Source: Styela clava (Eukaryota). Taken from it: DNA of 64,000 bases. Position 1 is the first letter of the stretch; each line of letters starts with the position of its first letter. Both the position numbers and the translations under genes were made by a program. The stretch spans positions 22,258,001 through 22,322,000 of the forward strand of contig NC_135250.1 in NCBI RefSeq assembly GCF_964204865.1, in the 5' to 3' direction. This document shows positions 26,501 through 46,878 of this stretch, piece after piece. The notes beneath the pieces were generated by a model. The model did not search any database and was not told where the DNA came from. It worked only from the letters and a program-made list of their open reading frames with translations.

Positions 26501-28991
26501 TTCAGCTCCAACTTATTGGGAACAAAGTGGGCTCGTGAATCGTTTTGACAGAATCGTTTGCTGTCGGTGGGGAAAACCAGGATTTTCTCTTAAATAATTT
26601 TTAAATATTCAGTAGTTGAACTGTACGACATCTTTTCATCATTTAATTAGGTCAAAAAGCAGTGATCAATTAGGTAATATAGAGTACGAAAATCCATAAA
26701 TTCCGGATTCTTTTCATTTTCGCTTTGGTGACATCTCAAATAATTTCTCCACTTGAGCAGATAATGAAGAAACATCGGCCTCTATAGGAAAGCTGTGGTC
26801 TTCGATTTTCACTATGCCTGCTGAACTACGTTATCTGTGTTTGTCCTTATTATCCAGCTATACGGGAATCGAAGTTTTACTACTCTGGTACACAAATATA
26901 TTTGGAAACGTGGTCTATGGAGGAAATGCTACGGTATGTCTTCAGTTATTTGGAAAATATAAAAGATGTTCATTTATTCACTGTGAACAAGAAATCGTAC
27001 TTTCCGTACAAAGGCCATTAGTTGCCTTGAAAGAGCCAGGGCCTAAAATTCTATATTGATAAATACCATCTCATAATGCCGTACAAACGTTTTTACATTG
27101 GTGAAGGTACATTTTTTAAGAACGTTCTGCTCTAGTTATGCTCGTAAAGTAAACCTAGAAAGTAATGGAAAACAATCGGATTCATATTTCTTTCTTGATT
27201 TCTGTATGACTTTTCCACGTTGAACTAAATTCAAGTACGATTGCAGACTGAATTTATTTTTTTTATTAAAGTTTGTATTATTATGATGTAAATCTTGTTG
27301 GTACAGGCCCCCGTAAATTCCACGGAGTTCAAATTGTACAACGATGGAGTTCATGCAGGATGTTGGGGTTTGACAATGTATGCTCTGTCAATGCTTTTAT
27401 TTTCTGGCAAGTTTTTGATATATCCTGTTGTTGTGTTCAATATTATTAAAGCTAAAATGTGAATTCCCGTAAAACATTATATTACAATGTAGATTTGTTA
27501 TATAGTAAGATTATTAAGTATTATTTAGTATTAAGCGAATAATGTACAGCAAATAAAGGGTAACCCCCATAAAACAAAATCCAGGTCATTTGGGACATAT
27601 TCTAGTCTAGAGAGAACATAACTTTCGTGCAAAGCGTCCCCAAAACAGAAATTCTAGGGTTAAATAAATTGTTTTCATTCTGGTAGAAGTAATTAGGAAA
27701 TTTATGGGTTTTGTTTTTGGGGGATTGGTCAACTTCTAATTTTTTTAAACTCGTGTATTTTTGATTCATGACGATTTATAGTCTCTACCTGATACTAATC
27801 TATATTTATATTATTTCCAGTGACTTTAGAATACTTTGACATCTTCTCCAAGATATCCCAACGTGTCGTTTATTCCGGAGCTCAATTAGTGACAGCTATT
27901 TCCGCGGCTGCAATGTTTGTATTCCCGTATGACTACGTTATGTATCTTTCGAGTTGGACCATTGGAATTACTGTTGGCGCTGCTCACACTCTCCCATTCA
28001 TTTTAGTTGGAAAATATCATCGAGATGAAAAGGTGATTAAACGTACGATTTCGACAAGCTTTAATGGAACAAAATTGCCATTTCTGATAAAAATTCGGCG
28101 TGAGAAATCGGATAACATCACAAGAGGGCGCTTAATTTTTAAATCAATTGCTGCCCTTTTTCGTGCTTGGGTAAACGTCATAATTTGTACTGGTATAACA
28201 AACCTTAACATAAACATAAAATGGTTTAACAGGACAATATAGGAATTTATGAACCAGGGCGAATAAGTCCTGGGAAATGCCAAAAGAGACTGTAGTTCAG
28301 AATCCGAGTTGCCAAAAATATGTACTCCTCCGTATACCGATTGCAGGGCAAAAAAAAATCCGACTCCAAATACAAGATACCCATATTTTCATCATAGAGC
28401 CTAAGACGTGAATTCGATTCTGTTAAATATCTTCAGATAATTTGGTGTCTTATTGGTTAATATTAAAAAAATTGACTTTTTCTCCCGCTTTGAAAATATG
28501 AACCTGTGACTTCGAAAACCAATTTGGATAAGTCACCCCGGTTCCGACTAGGAAACTTTTGAGTCTAAAGTTTAGACTATGCCTTGCCTAACACAGTCAA
28601 AGAAACTGCCAGGAAAACCTGCTTGATCTACGATATGTGGGTCTAACGTTGAACGTATTTACCAACTTTTACTCGGCAATTCAGATACTGTATATACTTC
28701 ACATTAATGTTTCATTTCAACTTACAGTATGTGACAAAAAGTCCAGGGAATACAAGGCGAGGATACGGGATCGATTGTGCGATACTTGCTTGCCAGATGT
28801 ATGCAGGGAACATTGCTTATGCATTGATAAGTGGGCCCATAATTGCCTATTATGGAAACTCAAGAATAATGATGTTGGTAGCTTCAATATGCTTTACAAT
28901 TTCTTTTATCCTATGCGCCATCATGGTTAAGTATCCCGGGGAACAAAGTTGCCATCTTTGCAAGATGCGAAGCACAGAAGATGATTCTTGA
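23573..28991 (+). CDS. SLC45-family proton/sugar symporter, ~530 aa; exons 23573-23630 (tentative), 23768-23917, 24014-24202, 25373-25555, 26078-26341, 26761-26933, 27307-27406, 27821-28032, 28728-28991
   Basis: Motifs GRDFLYAVEVVLVTPVLLQLG, GSLSDRCKSRWGRRRPF, GLGGSLG, YNDGVHAGCWGL, RRGYGIDCA are typical of SLC45. Phases are consistent if intron 7 uses a GC donor. First coding exon is uncertain and the paralog is not assigned. Confidence 0.88.
24532..24804. mobile_element. hAT MITE in SLC45 intron 3
   Basis: Imperfect TIR CAGGCGTGTGCCAA / TTTGCACATCCTTG; perfect 8-bp TSD TTATAACC. Confidence 0.8.
24890..25107. mobile_element. short HINE-like element (GGACAC/GTGTCC family with a (CAA)n tract)
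   Basis: Starts aacaagagagctatgctcaaatatgtggacacg (hairpin plus subterminal repeat) and ends gtccactacgtgtccaataat. Same ends at 59385/60660, and reversed at ~13610-13640 and ~17592-17625. Confidence 0.6.
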
Positions 28992-30822
28992 CCAACCAAG
29001 TATTTTTTGACCCCTGTACGAATTTATTGAGAGTGCCGTTAAAACCCTTTTGTTGTTAGTTGTTTGTACTTAACTTATTAAGCTACTTTTAGAGAGACCT
29101 TACCTCTGAGAGTTTCTTGGGCTCCCTCACTATCCAAACTCTTAATATTTATTTGTATGCCCCGAATTAATATTAATAAAACATATGAAGCATGGCAACG
29201 AAACCCTTTTTGTAGGCTGTCAGTGATGCAGCCCTCGTAAGAAAGCTCGTACATTATTTGCACTAGTTCCGACCTCAAACTTTTTACCAACAAATGGTGA
29301 AATTTTCAAATTCCTCATTTTTCTATTAAACTATCAAATGTTTACAATTTTATTTTAATAAACTCTCGAACCAAGTCTTCAAATTCTTGTCTCGAAGCAG
29401 AAATCCTTTCTATCCTTCACATTTTGCCATATTAAGAATTAACCAACTCAATCACCCAATTTCTTACTCAAAACGTTATTAAACCCGTTTATTAAAAAGA
29501 AAAGAGTGAAATTAAAAATATCAATATGTATCGCTAAAAATAACCATATTGATTTTACACTGTTCAATATTATTATTTTTGCTCTTCTGTTTGCAAATGT
29601 TTGCGCAAAAAATAACAATCTTGTTTGTTGACAGACGTTTGGTAGTGGCAAAGCGAATAGTGTATATATAGTTTATTTATATTAATCTCAAATGACAGAA
29701 CCCACATCGAGCCCATTGTCAAAATTTCTTCCAAAAATGTAAATCTGTCCTTCCGCATATAATTGATCTAGAGCAGGGATGGCGAACCTTTTTCAATGAA
29801 TGGGTCAAAAATTATGATTTTATCGCGGAACAGAAGAGAGTGGGTCACAGATATATGATCAATGTTTGTATCTATAAGAAACTTCTGAAACAAATCTTTT
29901 AGGCTTCTGTTGGTGTAGTTTCAGGCTTTACTTATGAAGCACTTCTATCAGGGACTTTTTATGGCTCTCGATTTTATGAAATTAGAGTGCAAAAACACGC
30001 ATATGAATTACCATAAACGTTTAGGATGATGCGGTAAATTTTTTTTACGGTTCCAAAGAGTTTGGAGGGAATCCCACCCTGACAGTGTTCTATTTTTCAA
30101 TCAACTTTCAACCTCATTAAGGCACTTTTACACTCCCCCATTGTTATTTCAGATTTCTAGGCTTTTATTTCAAGTCTGAAAGATTTTGTTCTCTTAACGG
30201 TATTGTGGGCGAGAAACTAATAAAATACAAAGTAGCATCTAGTTCTCGCATAACCCCTAAAACAGTCTGCAGATAAACTTCCGAAAGAGACCAGACGTAG
30301 CGACAAATTAACATATCAGTTGCATTGTTATGTCATAAACGATGTCAGAGCCAATAGCTGAATAATGGTTCACAGCGGTGCAGACATGCGTCCAAGATTA
30401 GGAGTTTGGAAAATTACCATACCAGCCCGAAACTAACAATTTGAATATGAGCCCTCGCGACCCTGACGGTATATTATAATAGTTTAGGTATTGTTAAATT
30501 AATTTAAGGCCGGTTTTATCATTTTTTATCACTGATATGTTAGCATTTTTTTATTATTTTATTCGTGCCTTGGCGAGTCACGAATAAAACGCGGTCTGAT
30601 TTAGAGCAAAGTGTCTCCTCGCGTTATCTTGTGCCTGAAATCTTGATTCGTATGTTTCAAAAAGCGGAGTCCGATGCCTCTGCAGTGATCTTAATAATTT
30701 GTATTAAAAGACACAAAATTTCTGATAACAAGAAAATAGACTTGTTTGGGATCAGATTATACAATTTTCATTAAGTTGATAATCTATAGCGCTGAAAACT
30801 ATGAAGCTGTAATGGCGTTTGC

Positions 30823-32220
30823 TCATTCCTGGCGATTTACATGCAGAATTCCTAGGGAAATTTCCAGTAGTACGGGATAAAGTACTGAAACAGGCGCTCC
30901 AGCGTAATTAAGTATAAATCTCACAAAAAGAGCATGCAATGGTGTCACTGCCCGTGTTAATGTAAGGAGAAGAAAAACCCGAATTCTGGCAACTGGTTCA
31001 TCGCGTGCCATTTTGCAAACGTTTGCGTGAACAACACAAAGGTACATAACGTCTCTAAAACTTGAATTTATGACATATCCGGCGAATACATAATAATAGT
31101 TGTGAAAGTAGAGTCCATACGAACAAAGGGCGTCTCCAAAAACTGAGACAATGATACTCACTATTAAAACATTGTGTTTTCTTTTGATTCTATCCAAAAC
31201 TCGTCCTGCTATTATGACAGTCACCCATCCCGCACTGTAAGCAACACAGAGCATCATTGACAGCGATTTGTCTGTCTTCTCTGGAAAAGATTGCAAAACG
31301 ACTGATGATGACAGAATACAGATGAAAGGTGCTCCTCCCAGAAATAAAATGTACTCAACGAACATCAGCATGAAAGTAGGTTCCTTAATAACTTCCCATG
31401 TTTTCTTAAAGTCTTTGAGCGGGTCAAAACTTGATGTATTTGTCGAGGTTGTACTTTCAACGTGTCCTGGTGGGTAGTCTGTAACATAAAATTGCGTCCA
31501 AGCGAAGAAAATGAGCGCCACGGAAGCAATAGTAAAATAGATGCACAGAAACGTAGTTCTAAAAACTGTCATCAATGTTTCATCTACTGTAATTGTTATC
31601 GGTTTTGAAGAATTAAAGTTATCACTCTGTGTATATTGAAAGGTTTGTGTAGCAACTATGTTCGACACAAGTCGAGCTGACGTACGACTAACCCAGACGA
31701 ATGAGGTTGCTGTAGCTCGTTCGTTTTCTGGAAACCAGTTATTAGACATCATTTGCGTCGATGGAATTGATATAGCAGCTCCCATCCCGTTGAGCATTTG
31801 ACCAATGGCTACCATAGCAAAATTGGAGCGAGAGAAAATGCCTGTTGATACCATTATCGCACCAGTAAATGCAGTAACAAAGCCCATCATTGACAGCAGT
31901 CGTAAATTAATATGCTCTGCGACAATACCAAGAGCAAAACCAAAAAGCCCTCTTGTTATATGATAGAAATCGGACAGTAAATCGACCACACCCGGATCTT
32001 TATGAAAGTATTCTGATACCACATCATTTATGTAACCAAAGATACCCACATTGAAAATTTCCATAAACATTATCAAACATATTATGCTCAGGATGCCCCA
32101 TCGTTTGTTGTGTTTTTTCACGCTCAAACCATCTGGTAACAGATCGGATAAATCAATGAGTTGAGCTCTCTCGTCTTCCAGGCTCTCATAACTTGATTTT
32201 GTGGAACTGATATCACTCAT
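30823..32220 (-). CDS. SLC49 (FLVCR/DIRC2-like) MFS transporter, intronless CDS, ~465 aa
   Basis: Long multi-TM ORF; GQMLNGMGAAI...NNWFPENERATAT resembles SLC49A4/FLVCR; acidic dileucine-like N-terminus (EDERAQLI). The ATG at 32220 follows an acceptor at 32241. Confidence 0.82.
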   Translation of the reverse strand: MSDISSTKSSYESLEDERAQLIDLSDLLPDGLSVKKHNKRWGILSIICLIMFMEIFNVGIFGYINDVVSEYFHKDPGVVDLLSDFYHITRGLFGFALGIVAEHINLRLLSMMGFVTAFTGAIMVSTGIFSRSNFAMVAIGQMLNGMGAAISIPSTQMMSNNWFPENERATATSFVWVSRTSARLVSNIVATQTFQYTQSDNFNSSKPITITVDETLMTVFRTTFLCIYFTIASVALIFFAWTQFYVTDYPPGHVESTTSTNTSSFDPLKDFKKTWEVIKEPTFMLMFVEYILFLGGAPFICILSSSVVLQSFPEKTDKSLSMMLCVAYSAGWVTVIIAGRVLDRIKRKHNVLIVSIIVSVFGDALCSYGLYFHNYYYVFAGYVINSSFRDVMYLCVVHANVCKMARDEPVARIRVFLLLTLTRAVTPLHALFVRFILNYAGAPVSVLYPVLLEISLGILHVNRQE

Positions 32221-34351
32221 AGTATACTTTTTTTTACATACTGTTAGAAACAAAGAAATAAACAAATGAAACTCAATTCAAAAAATAACTCGTCGTTCTT
32301 ACACCTGCTATTCTACCGGTAATCCTACCAGGTCAAACATGGGTTTATGTCATTTGCGCGAAAATGTTATCACAGAAACCCGCAAGTCGGGACCAACGAC
32401 TAACATTCCGGTCGGGACCGACAAAACTGCATTCTCGCGAAATTGCTTTCGCGCAAACCAACATTCTTGCAACAATGATTGTTGTGGCAAAAAAACATAC
32501 TTGCGGGTTGTCTGCTCCTATAATATGCCATGGTTCCTAGACGTAATATATATCTTTATATCACTTATCCTTTATACGCACGCCTGATTATGTCAAACGT
32601 TGATAAATTAAAAACCGTAACTCAGGCGAAGAGACTGTCTATATTATTTGAATGAAATGTAATAAACGTAAGGAACATACGAGGAAAATTGTACTTCATT
32701 AATAATCTTCTTCCCAACGGTAATCAACGTCTATGTAGGACGAACGGAAATACGATAAGTGCAACGACTGAAGTTTCATGCGAACAACTGCACCGATTAA
32801 AATAGACAGGAAACGTTTAGAATCTGCTTATGTTAGACCTAATGAAATACAACAAATTCAATTTATGCCGAAATTTCGTTGGGCGTATAGGTTCGGAGTA
32901 TATATCATAATTTGTGTAATATTTATGAAATTTTATTGAAACATTAACAAATTAATGCGTTAGTTTGAACATCAAGCTACCCTGGCGTCTGATATTTCAA
33001 AATTGAAGATATTTGAGTGCAGTTGTAACGATAGTAGTGATGTATCCAGCGATGGATGGATTTCCTATCTCATTGAGAAAGAACGATTCATTCAGATTGA
33101 TGACGACAAAGATGAAAAGCCGTTTATGACATCATATTAAAGTACTGAAGACAAATATCCCACTCATTTTGTAATTAAATTATATTAACCAAAGCTAAAC
33201 GAAACTTAGGTATTAAATATTGTTTGCGGCGCTGTGTGAATGTATATGCAATCAACTACCGGTATTTGAATCCAGTTGTGTAAGGATCATACGGCGTACA
33301 GTTTACTTTATACTAATTAATGTGTTTAATGCGTAAACGTACTAACGGAAATAATAGATCTCCAAATACCAACGGTAAATCTAAACTCCGTGGAATGAAG
33401 ACTTCAGCTCTGCCTCGATAGGAAGTAGATCATTAATTAGAATTGAAAAATATTAAAGTGTAGAGCCAAGGCGGACCATACGAGAAACACAAAACTAAGT
33501 TTTCGAATACATATATAAATCATATTTGCTTATACCAATCTTTAACTTGGCCTGCGATTGGCCAAGGGAAATGTAAAGTGTAGGTGTTCAGCATAAACGC
33601 AACCAGTGAAAACTTAAAATTGGAAATGACACGTAGTAAGTTTGACAAAGTTTATTGCAAAAAACTACTATGCAAAAGGCTAATATTAAATTTACAAAAC
33701 CCTCATTTCACAATGCTACAGATAAAACAATAATTTACAAGTTGCAAAGTTTTAAAACTTCTCAAAATCGGTATGTGAAGTACAAATGAATGGTATAAAA
33801 AGTCACAAAACAAATAAAGACTCAACATACATACATGACACTGGATGACAACAATGAAGTTCCATTAAAAATAATGTTCCGTTATGAGAAACGACAATAA
33901 TGCTCTTAATATTTTGAAGGTAATAGCATTTGCATGAATACCTAATTATAAGTGGTTTACCAGATTAACAAAACTAGTTTAAGTCCACCGTTACGTACAA
34001 GATAATCAAGCATACAACTCACATTAAAGATAACTGTGTATGTGGCAAAACGGCGTACAGGGCAATGCGTTATAATATTATAAAAACGAGTACGCAAACT
34101 CTTTTGAACTACGTCTAATAAGACATAATTATGACTTATAATAGTAACTATTTTACGGAACCAGCTATAAAACGAATGTTGCGTAGTCTATTGTCAATTA
34201 AATACCGTTTTGCCTAATTTTAAAATATTAAAAAAGTAATATCTTCATAAAAATCTACATTGTTTTTAGAGAAGTTGTTTATTAATTACCCAATCTTTAT
34301 TGCTAAAGCGTTTGAAATTACTTTATTTTTGTGAGACAATATCGGGCTGGA

Positions 34352-41684
<7,333 letters not shown>

Positions 41685-42736
41685 GTTGTCAAATTTCGTA
41701 ATTCAATTTACAAAATAAAATAGATTAAAATCTAAAACAGAAGTAAATTTATCACAATCTGAATCGTTATATGTCGAGAATGATTCATACATCGAGTCAT
41801 ATTAGTTTTGATGTAATTTTATTAGACAGTCAATCTGCGGTATGACTTTTGCAAAGATGCCGTACGTTGCATTATACGCAAAAATGATTGTTTTTTTGTA
41901 CTCTTTTGTACACATGTTTTTAACAGTATTACAAATATTTATACTCCGGAGCCGAAAAACAAATCCCAAAGCGTAGCCTTTGCTAGACAAACATAATATC
42001 GTTGTAAATCCGTAAACATGACTAAGTGAACATGACTCATCAACATGGGTCTTATTTGTGAAAACATTTCCTTAATTTGTTTGGTGAAACGACCAAGACC
42101 TTGTTGACAATAAGATACACACGTTTTTTCCCATTTATGCTACAAAAATGTGGATTCATATTGATCGAAAACACCGAAATGACTTAAGGAGAAAAGCTTC
42201 ATAACCCGGAAAGCGTGCTTATGGTATTTGGGGATAAAATAAGCTATTTTTCAAAATTAGTTGCGATAATATTACTATATTCCGATATAGTTTTCGGTTA
42301 AACCTTTTGAGCATTGTGATAATACATGAATATAAGCGAGAACACAATGACATACTCGTTAATCATACCGGAAAATAGTTTATTTTATAGTTTCTGATTA
42401 AATTCTCGTGGTCTAAACTCAGCTCAGCTTGAATAACTGAAGTATTGTTCTGAGGTTAAATCAATTACCGCACCTTGGAATTACATTTAATAACACGCTT
42501 CCAAAGTCACAGTCCGACTTAAACATAACGGTATACTCGTAAATTAAATAACCTTTCCTTTATCAATTAGCAAGCATAGCGTAATGTTGCCATAAGCTTT
42601 CAAATGCCAGACATTTAATTCTGATCTGCGTACCGTTACGATACTGAACTCGTACAACCTCTTCCATTTTCAGGTGCATTTCATTACAGCAATTAAATCA
42701 AATTATCTGGAATTCGTCGTCTTACATAATAAAATA

Positions 42737-42783
42737 TCCATTTCCATATCATCCATATCCATATCATCCCATCCATATCATAT
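42737..42783. repeat. (CCATAT)-like degenerate microsatellite
   Basis: tccatttccatatcatccatatccatatcatcccatccatatcatat. Confidence 0.7.
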
Positions 42784-45236
42784 TTCCACACTAAATTGCT
42801 GTTTATCACTATCACTCTTGTTTTTGAATCATTTTTTCATAAAACTATGCTACCATTCAATAAATTGACTAACGTTTACCTACTTTTAAACATCAAAAGA
42901 ACGGTTATATCTTAACACGACCCTAGTACCGTTATATCGGCAGTAGAATTGGCACACAGACCGCTTCGTCACGAGTCTGAATTGTGTTTGTGCATACATC
43001 CGCTTCAAGACATTGCGAAACACGTTCTTTTAAACAAAAACAGCTGGGAAGACTCGCAATAGAAACCGATTCAATAGAAAATTATAACAGAAATCTCCAA
43101 TTACAGGTTATAAGTAGTTCGAATGTGCCAGGCGTCCTTCAAACAATCAGTCGTATTCATGGGCACAGACACCTTTATCGGTTTTGATTCGCTGACGACG
43201 TGGGCGTGCTTGGTGTGACGCAATATGTGTGTGTCATCGCATAGTTCAGAGCATAACAATTACACCGGACATGGAATCCTATAGTACAAAAAGATCTTAA
43301 CCAGGCCCGACAAAAGCGTGATTATTTCATTAAGACATGTATTACGAACCTATCCGTTATACTAATCAGGGAATATCGATTGTATAATAACCTATAATGG
43401 CGTAGTGTCTAAAGCTGGTACAGCACGATTGCCGGAATCACGTCACGTCATATAACAAACATATTTTATATGCGGTAGTTATAATAGTGAGAAAATGTTA
43501 GTAAATCTTGATGTGATTTGACGGAGAAATGACTTTATATTAAATTCAGCAACTGGGAACATCCTACGATGTTAAAACCATCGTTGTTGCGTACTTATCT
43601 ATCGATGATGATATTATAGGTTAGAGACCATAAATTCGATTTCTTGAGAGTCAAGCCGTAGACCAAACCCAAGTTTACGGTAGCTGAGAAAACGTGTATG
43701 TTACACCTTACTAGTTAAGATAAATAGGCTGTATTGAGTTACTACTCAGCCCTTTATTTACACATGAAATTGAATCAACTGTTCGATGCACCATGTTTTC
43801 AAAGTAAATTACAAACTAATTTTAAAGAATATTCGTCGGCAAAATCATGTCATACCAAATGTGCTAATACAAAAAATAGCACGTACAAAAATAAATCATT
43901 ATACAAGGGAGGATTGTACAATGAGTGTTAAAAGACATTGCTACTGTCGTGAAAAAGAACCACTGATGATATCGAAGTGTTGGAATTTAGCCTTTGAAAC
44001 GATGCATTCTACTCTACCTATAACCGGATGTTGCGAAAAAGCCTCCACTTATTCATCTATGCCTCGCTTTAACATACAACTGGCAGCAGTTAACGAACTT
44101 TTCATTTCCTGATCAGATCAATGGCATTATCAAGCATGTACCGCAAATCCAATTTCTTAGTGCTACAATGATGACACCTAGTGACTAATTGTATAAAAAT
44201 GTGCATACACAAAACGATGGCGTATAATGAAACGCTCATTGGCAAGGCGATTCAAACTATATATATCGTAAAAATAATGATATGTTGTAATTCAATTCTC
44301 TTCAAACTTTTTGACTTTACCACGTTCCAGCATCTAGCGATGTTAAAACTTTACATTAAAAAATCCTACCCTCCCGGATTATCACCTGTTTACCTTTAGT
44401 ATACGCTTGAGCGAGGGGGCGTTTACGCTTGGTTAATGATTATGGGATACAAACAATGGATGGTGTGCGATGCCTATTCCTCGTTTTGCGGCATTTTGTA
44501 AAGTAAAGATGACGTGTGTGTCTGGTATTCGTCGCAAAAGTGCACGTGTGGGCCTGTTAGTTATTCATACAAAAACTATTGGTACTAGCTGACACAAAAG
44601 GTGACATAAAATTGCTAGTTTGAGTTAGAATTCGTAAGCTAGGACTGGCATCAGAAAACTCAACTGAGTTGCTGTTCGATGATCGGAGAAGTGATAGCAA
44701 TTAAGTGATATTCAGTCGGAGAATAGGGCCAAGTTAGGTCAAGTCTTGCTACAACTTGACCTCACCTTTAAGAATGAAAACTTTACGGTATAAATAGCAA
44801 CAATCTCAATGAATCTAATACTAATCTTACGACGACTGACTAGTCAGTCAATCCAGCCAAGTACGCTTCACCAATCCCTGACTTTGATGTAATCGCTACC
44901 ATTGACGTATTTACTAATAACCAGGCTATTTTTATATGGCGTTTTACACGCATTTCGCTACGAACAAAGCCCAGTGTGAGCATCCGCTAGTGAGTGGTTT
45001 AATCTCAAATTACAAGATATATATATGTGTGCGAATAAATACGAGATCTTCATTGGGCCATACAGGGCCAAAGTAAAAAGTAATGTCTGTTTTCTGCTGG
45101 CCGTGGAAAACCATAAAATCCCGGTAGATTTCTACGACCAAGTGCAGAGCCTTATTCAAAGCGAAAGTGCGAAATTGTACATGAATTTATTTATGGTGTT
45201 CATATGTCCTTTTAATTTACAGTAATAAATTGAATT

Positions 45237-46878
45237 ATGCAAGCTACTTACTTACAACTATTTGCCATTCTATTGACTTGTGTTGGCGTGAATAGCCAAA
45301 CGGTACTGAGTGGTGATCCTAGCAGAATTCCACCTAATCCCCACAAAAAAGACAAGAATGATCCCCAAATGGCAGGGTCTATCAGTATGGGAACACCGGA
45401 TTTGAGCGACGAAGACTCCATGTCTATCCACATGCCCAATTACCTAAAGTGCGATGCTTGCAGAATTATTGCCTTCCGGTTCGCAGATACCCTCGAGGTA
45501 AGACTAAAAAATATTTGTCTTATCCAAACACATCAGATCGTTGTAGTCATGAAAAATGAACTGCAAGCTTTGCAACAAAAAACAACAAGACTGGTTTTGA
45601 CACCGCAGTTTTACAATTTCGTCTGAGCCGATTTATTACATTGTTTGTGTTGAAAGATTGACTGGTTTGCTTATCGCTTAAACTTTAACCTTTTATACAA
45701 AGATTACAAATGCAGGTTAAAACGGCTTAGGCGCGTGTGTTCATTCGAAAATGTTGGCGTGTTGTGGTTCGTCCGATGGTAACAATAACAAACCTAAACC
45801 CGTTATCTCATCCAGTATGAAACTAAATAGACTGGATGGGCAGAAATCGACGTGGTGTCAGATCGTTTTACCTCAAATTTGATTCCTTCAAAAAATACTA
45901 ATTCATGCTGTTTCATATATTTCTGAATATTGCCCATGCACGTGATAATCAAAACTTTTTTTTTTATCACAGAAAGAAATTGATAAATTTCCATCAATCA
46001 AGAAAGGCAAAAAAGAATTGTCTGAAGATAGAGTTTTAGATTTATTAGAAGGCGTTTGTGATGACAGCTGGGAACAGTACGGCATTAAAGAAGTGGAAGG
46101 AGTAAATAGATTATCCGGACCCGGTTTCGAAACTTCGGACATTCCGGGAATCATGCAAGGAGGCGGGAAATGGCCATTTAGGTATGAGTCAACATGACGA
46201 TTTATTAAGAAACGCACATCGCAGGCAAACTTATAAATTTCTTAATTACTCTAACGAAAATCAATAATATTTATCTAATTTAAACTTTTGTTTATGCATG
46301 ATTGCACCGAAATGTTCTTTCTAGTATATGTTTCAAATGTCTCCGGTACCATTACCCCTGCAGTTTTTGTTACGTGGCCAGATTTTGATCGACAGTCACG
46401 TCTTAATCACAAAACTTTAGAACAATATCATGATCATTGTAGATATTTAATATTGTCTTATCTGCGTCTTAAGTATATATTACACCGGCCGTTGAGTCTC
46501 AAGTGTTGGTGAAAGTATACCAATCCCAAAAGAGCTCTTCAAGTGCTCACGACGTCCTTGTCCAGACAAACAATTTTGCCACGAAGCTAATAATATAGGA
46601 TGCACTTATCAATTTTTAACATTTTTAAATGTTTCAGATTCAAACAAATGTGTCAAATCTTGGTCGGTGACGTTGGAGAGGAAATAGTTTACGAAACTTT
46701 TAGAAAAAGCAAAGGTAAAGGACTAGAAAAAAGACTTTGTTTTACCCCTATCGAAGGAAGGCCCGGCTTCTGTGAAAAGAAATCTGGAAAAGAGAAGAAA
46801 TTTAAAAATGCGGGAAAACCCAAGAAAACTAAAAATACTGAAACGGAGAAACCGAATTCACGTCACAATGAACTCTGA
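45237..46878 (+). CDS. MZB1: MZB1/pERp1 ortholog (CNPY/saposin-like ER chaperone), ~236 aa; exons 45237-45497, 45973-46181, 46638-46878
   Basis: Signal peptide; PDLSDEDSMSIHMPNYLKCDAC, ELSE..LDLLEGVC..WEQYGIKEVEGVNRLSGPG and GGKWPFR..MC..GDVGEE match recalled MZB1 motifs (PQLDDEEMYSAHMPAHLRCDAC, WQDYGVREVDQVKRLTGPG, GGPWPTRL). Six conserved Cys; C-terminal HNEL retention signal. Confidence 0.9.

Noticed and set aside
44508-44517. XBP1/UPRE-like GATGACGTGT upstream of MZB1
   Set aside because: A single short motif about 700 bp upstream; cannot be distinguished from chance without conservation data.
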